64,000 bases of DNA, from IMG/VR virus record IMGVR_UViG_3300028833_000093; one strand, given 5' to 3'. Below are positions 28,472 to 37,142 of this stretch, in pieces (positions within the stretch are counted from its first letter, which is position 1; each line of letters begins with the position of its first letter). Below the pieces are notes generated by a model. The model was not told the origin of the DNA. It saw only the letters and a program-made list of their open reading frames with translations, and did no database searches. The position numbers and the translations under genes were made by a program. Origin of the DNA: an uncultured virus (IMG/VR IMGVR_UViG_3300028833_000093) (lineage: Duplodnaviria > Heunggongvirae > Uroviricota > Caudoviricetes).

Positions 28472-29044
28472 ATGGCATTACCACACATAACTAACTCAGA
28501 GGCAGGTCGCAACCTTTACGATCCTTACCATAATTGTCTATTCGAGGTATATTTCACATTACCTCAATTATTGCGTGCGCAATTTGGACAAGACGAAGCA
28601 CTTTTAACAGAGCATGTTGTTAAAGTTGATGGAATTGATGCATTGGATAGAGGTCCAGATACACTTACTCAACAGTATCAAGGGACAACACGTACATACG
28701 TGAAACCTAAGATTGACGATACATCTGCCGAAATTACCGTGGAATTCAACTTAAACCTCCGTAATGGAACGGATAACTATATTTACAAACTTTTCAAAGC
28801 ATGGAAGAACTTGAACTATGACTTGGAAACTGGTACTATCGTTCTTAAGAAAGATTATGTAGCAGAATGGTTAAGAGTTTGTATCGCTAACCGTGCTGGA
28901 GATGTTATCAAGGAAGTTGTATTCAAAGATGTAATGTTAAAAGGTAGTGTAGAAGGTCTTGGTAGTTTGGATTACTCTTCTACCGATGCAGTAAATCTTA
29001 CCGTTCACTTTGTAAGTGATTGGTGGAGAGAGACCGTTGCTTAA
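28472..29044 (+). CDS. tail tube protein (T4 gp19-like)
   Basis: 190 aa; FEVYF...IYKLFKAW...LDYS...VHFVSDWW pattern; late motif at 28435-28442. Confidence 0.75.
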   Translation: MALPHITNSEAGRNLYDPYHNCLFEVYFTLPQLLRAQFGQDEALLTEHVVKVDGIDALDRGPDTLTQQYQGTTRTYVKPKIDDTSAEITVEFNLNLRNGTDNYIYKLFKAWKNLNYDLETGTIVLKKDYVAEWLRVCIANRAGDVIKEVVFKDVMLKGSVEGLGSLDYSSTDAVNLTVHFVSDWWRETVA

Positions 29045-29062
29045 TTTTAACAGATTACTAAC

Positions 29063-29098
29063 AAAAAAGAGGAACGATTTATTTCGCTCCTCTTTTTT
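29063..29098. terminator. bidirectional intrinsic terminator
   Basis: AAAAAAGAGGA...TCCTCTTTTTT between convergent genes. Confidence 0.75.
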
Positions 29099-29116
29099 AT
29101 TTGGTTAAGTATTTAA

Positions 29117-29722
29117 TTACTCTTTTACTGACTTAACAGGGTCAATCAAATCACGACGTTTGATAATTGCATCGTGTTTTTGTGCAATAGCAATGTGACG
29201 AGTAGTGTCTTTTGCATATTGTTCATGAAGTGCTTTCATGTACTCATTGACAATTAAGATATCTCTCCATTCAGTCATACCTTGGAACTTGCATTGGTCG
29301 AGTAAACGAAGTGTACTGTCTAATGCGCCAAAGGTAATTTCAGTGAATGTAGGAGATTTCCACAATTTACAAAGCTCGTACAAACCAAGAACATATTGCC
29401 ATGTTTGTTCAATCTTAGAAATGAAATAGATAATTTTTCCAGCAACGTCAGCTTTGGTGAATTCTTTGCCTTCAAAAGTTGTGGACTCAGGAAGTGGATA
29501 ACGAACATCTTTGATATAAGCTTCGTATTCATCATATTCTTTCATCATGTCTTTCTCAAGCTCATCCAACTTCTCTTGTGAATCAATAGCTGAAACCATT
29601 TCCTTATATGCATCAACCTCTTTTTGAAGACGTTCCGCCATTTCTTGAGCTGTTTCTTCTTTTTGTTTTTCAGAAGCTGTATTTGCACCTTCCTCAACAG
29701 AATTTAATTTAGTAATTGCCAT
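29117..29722 (-). CDS. hypothetical protein
   Basis: 201-aa helical ORF. Confidence 0.75.
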   Translation of the reverse strand: MAITKLNSVEEGANTASEKQKEETAQEMAERLQKEVDAYKEMVSAIDSQEKLDELEKDMMKEYDEYEAYIKDVRYPLPESTTFEGKEFTKADVAGKIIYFISKIEQTWQYVLGLYELCKLWKSPTFTEITFGALDSTLRLLDQCKFQGMTEWRDILIVNEYMKALHEQYAKDTTRHIAIAQKHDAIIKRRDLIDPVKSVKE

Positions 29723-29746
29723 AATATAATCAATTGATTTTTTTAT

Positions 29747-30211
29747 TTACAAAAGTATAATTAAAAGTGCTATTGCAATAACCAATAAAGCTAATGTAAT
29801 ACCACCGACTATTTTTGTAGATTTCCAAAAATCAGGCCATCCGATAGGAGTTAACGTGAAAAGGAAATTATAGTCATCGTCTAATTGTTCTAGATTATAG
29901 ATTAAAATATCAAATAACTCGTGATTTTTTACAAAATTATCTGCAGCAATCATATGTTCAATAATCCACTTATTGACAAATGACTTGATATTGGTTCCGT
30001 CTGTGTCATATTCAAATATACGGGCTTGTGGATCTTGTGCGATCGGATTGAGCACTGCATAAATCCGGCCAATCCAGTCTTGTTTGAAATGCACCGAATA
30101 ATTAGGTGTGCTGAATAATTGGGATAAATTATTAAGCAGGTCTTCCTCCTTAATCACTTTATCAATTATTCGTTTTATCTTGATATAATCTATCAAATTA
30201 CGTATAAACAT
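29747..30211 (-). CDS. hypothetical protein with a C-terminal TM anchor
   Basis: Ends IVGGITLALLVIAIALLIILL; TATATTnnnTTGTA at 30231-30244. Confidence 0.75.
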   Translation of the reverse strand: MFIRNLIDYIKIKRIIDKVIKEEDLLNNLSQLFSTPNYSVHFKQDWIGRIYAVLNPIAQDPQARIFEYDTDGTNIKSFVNKWIIEHMIAADNFVKNHELFDILIYNLEQLDDDYNFLFTLTPIGWPDFWKSTKIVGGITLALLVIAIALLIILL

Positions 30212-30360
30212 AATCGAGTATATGTATTTTTACAATATAATATATGAAATGTGGTCGATTATTTTAAGTTTTTTCATTTTTTCTGCATTTGAAATTCTTT
30301 TAGTTTTGCTTTTTGTAGAATTATTATTAAAATAAGTTTATTAACAAGAAAAAGTACAAT

Positions 30361-31770
30361 ATGAAAGTATTCTCAAAAATATTAGTGGAAAATGCGGGCG
30401 AAACCTTTGCTATTACATTAGATGAATTTGACCGCTATGCTAAAGTGATTGAAAAAACAAAACGCTCGAAAGACTTCATTTCTTTATTGTGGTTAGTAGG
30501 TCAATATGAGATTTTATTCAATCAAGAAACCATGGAAAATGTGTTGAAAGGTAAATTCTTCAACTCAGAGATATTACCAATAGATACACAAAAAGATATA
30601 TATAAACTTGCTAAAAAGATAAAAGATGAGGTGCGATTATTGCCTCAATTATTATCAGCTTCACAAAGAGAAGCAGTTATCAATAAGAAAGTAGATCCAA
30701 ACGATTTGACATTAGACCTTGAAACTGATAAAGGTCGTAATGAAATCGCAAAGAAATATATGCCGTTAGTTCAAAAATTAGTAAAACAATACGAAAACGG
30801 TAGTGCATTATCAAAAGAAGATTTATTAAGTGCTGCGTTGGAAGGTTTGACTAATGCAATGAACGAATACAAAAATCCGGAAGAGCTTGAGAAATTAGGA
30901 AAGTCCGGTGATATGTCATTCACAGGTTATGCTGCATATCGTATCAAACAAGCTATTCTAAAGGAGATGACTGATAACAGTCGAAATGTGAAAATTTCCA
31001 ATTATTATCAAGACAAATTAAAAGATGCCGGTGAAGATACAACTCGCGAATTCTCAATAGATAGGATGTTCGCTTCTTCTGATGATGAAGAACCCATGAG
31101 TATTGACCGTTTCTTCGGTTTATCAGATGAAGATAATATACTTTCAATGAAAGAGAAAGAAGAAATCTATCAAAAAATCTTCAAACGCATCGAGTCCAAG
31201 TTCAGTTCACGTGATTGTACTATTCTTTATAAAGTTTGGGGAGTAAATGGTTATAAACGTGAAAAGGTAAAAGATATTGCTAAAGAACTTGGCATTTCAT
31301 CACCTGCTGTGGTTCAAGCTTGTGGACGAATTATTAAGTTCGTAGCAAGTGATAAGTACTGTCAAGAAATTTACAGTGCTTATGAATCACTCGCAGATGA
31401 TTATGTTGTTGGCAAATTATTAGAAGTATACAAAGAAGATAAAAAGACAATCGTCGAAAGCTTGATTTATGATGATTTGTATATTCTTCTTGAAAACTTG
31501 AGAAAGTGGAATAACAAAGATAAATTCCAAAAAACAGTCAATAAGGCCACTGATGAATTGAATGTGGACGATGCATTATTTATTTACAGAATCCTTCAAA
31601 ACAAAGAATTGTTGGATGCGAAAAACGTAAAGAAATATAAAGATGCAATTGTTCGTTTCTTGGAAAATCTTTATCCTGACCGATCATTCAAAAAAGCAAA
31701 GATTGAAGAGCTTGGTGCTGAATTGAATGACTTGAGAACAATTTCATTAAAATTTGCTATTGCATGGTAA
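30361..31770 (+). CDS. sigma-70-family RNA polymerase sigma factor with N- and C-terminal extensions
   Basis: Region 2: RNEIAKKYMPLVQKLVKQY...EDLLSAALEGL...SFTGYAAYRIKQAI; region 4 HTH: KDIAKELGISSPAVVQ. Confidence 0.85.
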   Translation: MKVFSKILVENAGETFAITLDEFDRYAKVIEKTKRSKDFISLLWLVGQYEILFNQETMENVLKGKFFNSEILPIDTQKDIYKLAKKIKDEVRLLPQLLSASQREAVINKKVDPNDLTLDLETDKGRNEIAKKYMPLVQKLVKQYENGSALSKEDLLSAALEGLTNAMNEYKNPEELEKLGKSGDMSFTGYAAYRIKQAILKEMTDNSRNVKISNYYQDKLKDAGEDTTREFSIDRMFASSDDEEPMSIDRFFGLSDEDNILSMKEKEEIYQKIFKRIESKFSSRDCTILYKVWGVNGYKREKVKDIAKELGISSPAVVQACGRIIKFVASDKYCQEIYSAYESLADDYVVGKLLEVYKEDKKTIVESLIYDDLYILLENLRKWNNKDKFQKTVNKATDELNVDDALFIYRILQNKELLDAKNVKKYKDAIVRFLENLYPDRSFKKAKIEELGAELNDLRTISLKFAIAW

Positions 31771-31793
31771 GAAAATAAAAAACATCATATATT

Positions 31794-32363
31794 ATGACAA
31801 ATTTAGTAGAATACATAAATGAGTCAATAATCGAAGAGAGTATTATTGATAAATGTAAGGCACTAACTAAATCAGCCTATGAGAAAATACTTAGAAAAAT
31901 AAATGATCTTGAAAATCCTTGCATAATGGTTGATTTAGGATTAAATTCTATGTATCTATATACTTGGGACCAGAGCGAATTGCAAAATGTAGAATTTGCA
32001 GTTGCTGATATTAAGGTCGTTATAGATAAACTAAATAAGTATATTCTTGATAACGTAAAATCAGCTAAAGAGTTATACGCTGGTCCCGATGCAGATATAC
32101 ATTTGTATGAATTAGTTGGTTATACGACAGATGATGCAATAAAACTATATAATACATTATCTGACATGTTCGTAAAAGAAATGAAGAAAATAGGCGTTGA
32201 AAAAATAAAAGATCGTGATGATGTTCGAGGTTCAGGTCTTAAAAAATTCAATCACCTAGAAACTGATGCTGAGTTTAAGATGGAAAGAACTCTCGATAAT
32301 GAACATGATAGACGTCCTGAACGTGTTTATATTTATCCAGCGGTACGATTAGAATATATTTAA
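31794..32363 (+). CDS. putative internal head protein
   Basis: Leader MTNLVEYINES. Confidence 0.65.
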   Translation: MTNLVEYINESIIEESIIDKCKALTKSAYEKILRKINDLENPCIMVDLGLNSMYLYTWDQSELQNVEFAVADIKVVIDKLNKYILDNVKSAKELYAGPDADIHLYELVGYTTDDAIKLYNTLSDMFVKEMKKIGVEKIKDRDDVRGSGLKKFNHLETDAEFKMERTLDNEHDRRPERVYIYPAVRLEYI

Positions 32364-32507
32364 TTGCACAAATAACAATTAAAAGGCATTCTATAGCCAG
32401 GATATGATGGCGATTTGAATGAAAATAGAAGACGTAGATACAGATAATATTGCTAAAGAGGCTAAAGAATGGAGTGATTCTTACGATAAATAAAAAACTA
32501 TTATATT

Positions 32508-32789
32508 ATGACAAGTTTAGTAGAATTCATGAATGAAAGTCTTAAAGACGAATTAAATATCGAAAAAGTAAATGAGCAAAATGTAAATGAAGGTGAAATC
32601 AAAAGTGAAAAAGATTTCCGTGATTATGCTCATGCAAAATTGAAAGAAGCTTTTGGTGATGATTATGATGAAGCAAAAGCTAACGAAATGATAGACGGTA
32701 TCCTCAAAGACAACAAAGAATTGGTAGATAAAGAAGATTGGGGTGCTCTTATCGGTGTACTTAACAAAGGTATGGTAAAAGAAGACTAA
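32508..32789 (+). CDS. putative internal head protein
   Basis: Leader MTSLVEFMNES and repeated VNE sites. Confidence 0.65.
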   Translation: MTSLVEFMNESLKDELNIEKVNEQNVNEGEIKSEKDFRDYAHAKLKEAFGDDYDEAKANEMIDGILKDNKELVDKEDWGALIGVLNKGMVKED

Positions 32790-32808
32790 TAAATCAAATT
32801 ATTAAAGT

Positions 32809-33303
32809 ATGTTAACATTCAGTGATTTAATCAAGAAAGGTATTGCTCCATCGCCCTACAAAAAAGATGTAATTACCACAGATTCTGATAGATTTATTAT
32901 CAATTATAACAATATCTGGGGAATTATATCTGATACTCATATGGGTAAAGGTGAAGATGGAAATTACTATATCACAGGACAATTATTCAGAGACAAAGCA
33001 AAAACAGAGAATTTTGTACATGCGTGGACTTGGGGTGGTTATTGCTTCAAAGATTCCTCATTAAAGTGTACATCTTTGTTCACCTATTGTCAATCTAATT
33101 ACAAAACAATAGAGCATTCTGTTGTCAATGGTGATGATGTGCTTGTACTTAAAGAATTCACTGACGAGCAAAAAGAATACTATGATAAATATTATGGTGT
33201 AAATGCTCAAATCGGTAACGAAGTGAGCGCTGATTGGCAAAAACGTGAAAAAGACGCACAGAAAACAGCAGATATTGCTCGTTCATTAAATTTTGTATAC
33301 TAA
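32809..33303 (+). CDS. hypothetical protein
   Basis: 164-aa ORF within the operon. Confidence 0.7.
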   Translation: MLTFSDLIKKGIAPSPYKKDVITTDSDRFIINYNNIWGIISDTHMGKGEDGNYYITGQLFRDKAKTENFVHAWTWGGYCFKDSSLKCTSLFTYCQSNYKTIEHSVVNGDDVLVLKEFTDEQKEYYDKYYGVNAQIGNEVSADWQKREKDAQKTADIARSLNFVY

Positions 33304-33304
33304 T

Positions 33305-33661
33305 ATGATATCATTAAAAGAAAGTATATTATCAAGTACAGGCTCCGGTCGAAATGCAGTTGGTATTGGAGAGTATAAAATAGGTATGATTATGTCAGCA
33401 CCTTTTATGTACTCTTCAAGACACAACTATTGGTACGAGATTGTAGGAGTAAAGGGAAAAGCTACCGTTATAGTACGTGAGCTAATGCAAAGAATTGTAT
33501 CAAGTGACGGTTATAATCAAAATGGTTATTCAGAACCTATACTCGGTAAATACGCTGGTGAACCGTTCAATGCTCGAATTGATAAAAGAGGGCATTTGAA
33601 GATTGAAGGTAGATGGGCGAGTGAATGGGATGGTGAACCTGAACAATTTTATACTGATTAA
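33305..33661 (+). CDS. putative internal head protein, SILxSTxSG family
   Basis: Start reassigned to MISLKESILSSTGSG. Confidence 0.7.
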   Translation: MISLKESILSSTGSGRNAVGIGEYKIGMIMSAPFMYSSRHNYWYEIVGVKGKATVIVRELMQRIVSSDGYNQNGYSEPILGKYAGEPFNARIDKRGHLKIEGRWASEWDGEPEQFYTD

Positions 33662-33663
33662 TT

Positions 33664-34083
33664 ATGCCTGCAACAAGTAAAAAACAAGCAACTGCTATGA
33701 GAATGGCACTTGCCGCTAGAAAAGGAGATTTAGAAGTGTCAAAACTCAAAGGTGCAGCGTTGGAGATATACAAATCTGATATGTCCAACAAAGAAATAGA
33801 GGATTTTACTGTTTTGAAGGAAAATGTTGGTATAATTGAATATATTAAGAGTGAAATGAAAGGATTATCACAATATATTACAGAATCAAAAACCACTTAT
33901 TATATCTGGCAAGAAGATGGTGATTGGTTTGGTACTGACGAAGAAAACAAAAAAGCATGGATTAAAAATGCTCGTGCAATTATGTCATTCCAAGGCTTTG
34001 AAACCGAAGAAGAAGTAAGAGAATATATCAAGAAGTGGTTCAAAGGTGTAGATGACATTGTAACATTAGATAAAAGACCTTAA
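33664..34083 (+). CDS. protein with a DUF3008-like N-terminus
   Basis: MPATSKKQ...ALAARKG...SKLKGAA...MSNKEIEDF. Confidence 0.6.
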   Translation: MPATSKKQATAMRMALAARKGDLEVSKLKGAALEIYKSDMSNKEIEDFTVLKENVGIIEYIKSEMKGLSQYITESKTTYYIWQEDGDWFGTDEENKKAWIKNARAIMSFQGFETEEEVREYIKKWFKGVDDIVTLDKRP

Positions 34084-34089
34084 TAAATT

Positions 34090-34236
34090 ATGACAGCGAA
34101 TTATACATTAAAAAACGGTGATAATATATATTTGAATGAAAATCAAATATGTACTGCGACAGAAGAAAATGAAGAAGGATATACTACTTTTGTAATGTCC
34201 AATGGTAGTGTAATTGTCGCTAAACCAAAAAGCTGA
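34090..34236 (+). CDS. 48-aa hypothetical protein; in-frame SG-repeat tail continues past the TGA to 34272
   Basis: MTANYTLKNGDNIYLNENQICTATEENEEGYTTFVMSNGSVIVAKPKS*SGSGSGSGNGN*. Confidence 0.6.
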   Translation: MTANYTLKNGDNIYLNENQICTATEENEEGYTTFVMSNGSVIVAKPKS

Positions 34237-34292
34237 AGCGGTTCTGGTAGCGGAAGTGGAAATGGAAATTAATAAAACAAAGTAACAAATAT

Positions 34293-34895
34293 ATGAAAGC
34301 AAAAAATATTGAAGAGTTTTTCGGCACATTGCAGCAAGCCACAGTTGAAGCTTGGAAATCTCACTTAAAAACCGACAAATATAGCAAACATATTGCACTC
34401 AATGAATTCTATGAAGATATTGTAGAATTAGTAGATACGTTAATTGAAGATTATCAAGGTTTATACGGTAAAGTAGAAGACTATGTAAATCTTATGTCTA
34501 CTGATAAAATTGGTGCTATTGACTACTTAACCGAATTACATGATTTAGTAAAAGCGGGTCGTAAAGATTTATTCAAAGAAGATGACACTGAACTCGCTTC
34601 AGATATTGATGCTATTCTTTCTTTAATTGATAGTACTTTGTATAAGTTAAAAGAATTGAAAGAAAGCGGGATCTCTTTGAAAAACTACTTAAACGAAAGT
34701 CTCGATATAAACGAAGCACGTGAAGAAATTTATAGTGTTGCATTTATCGGTTTAGATGATAAAGACGGTCTTCCTTTAACCGTACAAGTACATGTTCCTA
34801 ACGAATATGCTAAAGATTTTGAAAAATATCTCAAGAAAGAAGCAGATAATTCTATCGCTCATGCAGATGGTTTAACAAATAATTTTGAATTATAA
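34293..34895 (+). CDS. ferritin/Dps-like four-helix protein (DUF5856-like)
   Basis: HLKT...HIALNEFYEDIVELVDTLIEDYQG...DIDAILSLIDSTLYKL. Confidence 0.7.
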   Translation: MKAKNIEEFFGTLQQATVEAWKSHLKTDKYSKHIALNEFYEDIVELVDTLIEDYQGLYGKVEDYVNLMSTDKIGAIDYLTELHDLVKAGRKDLFKEDDTELASDIDAILSLIDSTLYKLKELKESGISLKNYLNESLDINEAREEIYSVAFIGLDDKDGLPLTVQVHVPNEYAKDFEKYLKKEADNSIAHADGLTNNFEL

Positions 34896-34909
34896 TTATA
34901 TAGTGAGAT

Positions 34910-35230
34910 ATGAAAAACTTAACAGATTCCATACAAGAACAATTAGTTAACGAGACAGCTTCACAATGGAATACAAATGTTCCAGGTTCTGAAGTAACGA
35001 AAGGTGTAGACTCATTAAATTGTGAGTTCAGAGGCAAGAAAAAATATGGATTTTTATCTTGGCTTATTAATGAAGAAACTGTTTGTCTAACTGCAGTAGA
35101 TAGTCCAGAGGATTTTGCGGAAGCTTTTGATACAGAAGTTGAATATTGTAAAGATATGTTTGATTTGAAACCAGGCGAATCCACAAACGTAAATAAGCTG
35201 GGTGCACAATATACAATGAGAATCTGGTAA
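34910..35230 (+). CDS. putative internal head protein
   Basis: Leader MKNLTDSIQEQLVNE. Confidence 0.65.
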   Translation: MKNLTDSIQEQLVNETASQWNTNVPGSEVTKGVDSLNCEFRGKKKYGFLSWLINEETVCLTAVDSPEDFAEAFDTEVEYCKDMFDLKPGESTNVNKLGAQYTMRIW

Positions 35231-35260
35231 TTACCCGGTTTTCTTTGTGTATAACAACAC

Positions 35261-35300
35261 AAAACCGCTTACTAGTGTAAATCATTAGCAAGCGGTTTTT
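35261..35300. terminator. bidirectional terminator
   Basis: AAAACCGCTT...AAGCGGTTTT between convergent genes. Confidence 0.65.
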
Positions 35301-35307
35301 AATGCGC

Positions 35308-35757
35308 TTATAAGCGATTTATTGTCTTTTCAGTGAGTATACAGAACTGATAACCTTTGTCTTCACATAATCGTTTTATCTCTCTCCATTTCGCTGAATT
35401 GATAGCGAATGTTCTCGATGCCCAAGAATTTTCAGCGTCGGGTGGTTTGGTTTGATTCTCAGGTTTGATTTCCACTATCAGTACTTTACCATCTTGCATT
35501 TCAACTACAAAATCAGGGTAATATCGGTGTGATTTTTGGTCTACTGGATTGTAGTATTTGATACAAGTACACTCCGAACCCCAACGCTTTACTTTAGAAC
35601 AACTTTCGCACCAAAAAATGAATTTCTTTTCCCATGAAGAACGATAAATAATCGGTTGTCTCTTAACACTTTCAAAGAGTTTTTTGCAAGCGTTAGGATC
35701 GATATAACCTTGAGAAAATCGTCCGTTCTTTTTTGGTTTTAAGCTTTTGATGTCCAT
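35308..35757 (-). CDS. head completion nuclease (T4 gp4 / TnsA-like)
   Basis: YRSSWE, WGSE, HRYYPDF and VEIKP motifs. Confidence 0.9.
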   Translation of the reverse strand: MDIKSLKPKKNGRFSQGYIDPNACKKLFESVKRQPIIYRSSWEKKFIFWCESCSKVKRWGSECTCIKYYNPVDQKSHRYYPDFVVEMQDGKVLIVEIKPENQTKPPDAENSWASRTFAINSAKWREIKRLCEDKGYQFCILTEKTINRL

Positions 35758-35758
35758 A

Positions 35759-36520
35759 TTATACTAAATACCAATGTTGTGTTTTTGGATTATGTTCAAG
35801 CATTGTTCTATCGCTCAAATAGATAAATCGTAAACCCGGCCAGTCTTTTTCTGTAAAGATTTCATTAAGATAATCTTCATATGGTGGCACTCTATCAGTA
35901 ACACCTTGATATAATCCTTCTTTTGCTGCTTTCTTATCTAATTTCTTTACTGTCTTGTGTAATTCTTTTGCCGCTGGAGTTTTCTTGATATATAAATCTC
36001 TAATTTCTCCAGTTACATGAATATTTTTTAAGTCATCTAATTCAATTTGTGATAAATCTAAATTGATGATCGGTTTATGATTTCCACCGTTTGTAGAATG
36101 ACATTCAATATAAATCGGTTCAATATGCTTTAATTGTTGTGGGTATTCATTGATATACAAACCATGTGTGCATTCCATCTTAAAAGAAGGAATTGTCTCC
36201 GTTTGTCCACTGATATACAACAGTTCAACTTTCGGAGGTAATTGCTCTTGCGTCATATATTTCAGTGCCGACCCTGCATAAAAATTCTCAGTTATCTCGC
36301 CGAATTTTACATAATCAGGTACCTTAGAATTCACATTTTTCAGGTTTATATTAAGTTTTGGTGCGTTCGTTACCTTGCCATCGCTTTGAATAACAAAATC
36401 ATTGGCTTTCATTGGTCCAGAAATCCTCCAAAAATTAAGGTTTTCCTCGCACCATTTCTTAATCATCATCTGAGCACCGGATTTGGTGCTTCCTAATATA
36501 GACTCATATAAACTTATCAT
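35759..36520 (-). CDS. putative internal head protein, SILxSTxSG family
   Basis: Leader MISLYESILGSTKSG. Confidence 0.7.
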   Translation of the reverse strand: MISLYESILGSTKSGAQMMIKKWCEENLNFWRISGPMKANDFVIQSDGKVTNAPKLNINLKNVNSKVPDYVKFGEITENFYAGSALKYMTQEQLPPKVELLYISGQTETIPSFKMECTHGLYINEYPQQLKHIEPIYIECHSTNGGNHKPIINLDLSQIELDDLKNIHVTGEIRDLYIKKTPAAKELHKTVKKLDKKAAKEGLYQGVTDRVPPYEDYLNEIFTEKDWPGLRFIYLSDRTMLEHNPKTQHWYLV

Positions 36521-37122
36521 ATCTTTTCGTATTCTATATAATCACAAATTGCTGCAATATGTAAATCGGTTATTTGTTGTAATCCTTTTTCTGACATCAT
36601 CAACTCAAAATCCTCTTTACAGTCATAAAAGAAGTTCTCAGTCAATACACACGGACATGAGCATTTATATATCAATGTGAAGTTCTTTTCCTTGTGCCCC
36701 CTAAGTTTTTTATCAGGGAAGATGATTGGAAAATGTTTGCACATCAACTTAGCAAACTCATCCGATTTGGTTGTTCCTTCAGTAGTCCATACCTCCCATC
36801 CTGTTGCTTTTGTCCATTGTCCATTAGAGCTTGCCGCATTACCGTGAAGCGAAATCATTAAACAAGAATTTCCTTGTTCGCTCTCTTTACGTACGAGTTT
36901 ATTTATATTGTTCGCACGTGCAGATAGTCCAGGATCAGTATTATCTGTATTCGCTTGTATGCACTTGATACCGAGCTGGTCGCAAGTGAGTTTAATTCTT
37001 TTTGACAATTCTCTGGTGAACTTCCATTCGAATAACTGTCTTCCATCAGCAGTTTTAGGAGAACGCTTACCCGGTGTGCTTTCTCCATGTCCTGCATCTA
37101 ATATTATTGTAATTTTCTTCAT
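36517..37122 (-). CDS. N-acetylmuramoyl-L-alanine amidase (Amidase_3), probable endolysin
   Basis: LDAGHG..TPGKRSP, E, SLHGNA and VLTENFF motifs. Confidence 0.92.
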   Translation of the reverse strand: MKKITIILDAGHGESTPGKRSPKTADGRQLFEWKFTRELSKRIKLTCDQLGIKCIQANTDNTDPGLSARANNINKLVRKESEQGNSCLMISLHGNAASSNGQWTKATGWEVWTTEGTTKSDEFAKLMCKHFPIIFPDKKLRGHKEKNFTLIYKCSCPCVLTENFFYDCKEDFELMMSEKGLQQITDLHIAAICDYIEYEKI

Positions 37123-37142
37123 ACCTATATAATAATTATCAA

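Noticed and set aside
32364..32495. Short ORF MKIEDVDTDNIAKEAKEWSDSYDK in the intergenic gap
   Set aside because: Too short to support; possibly a gene remnant
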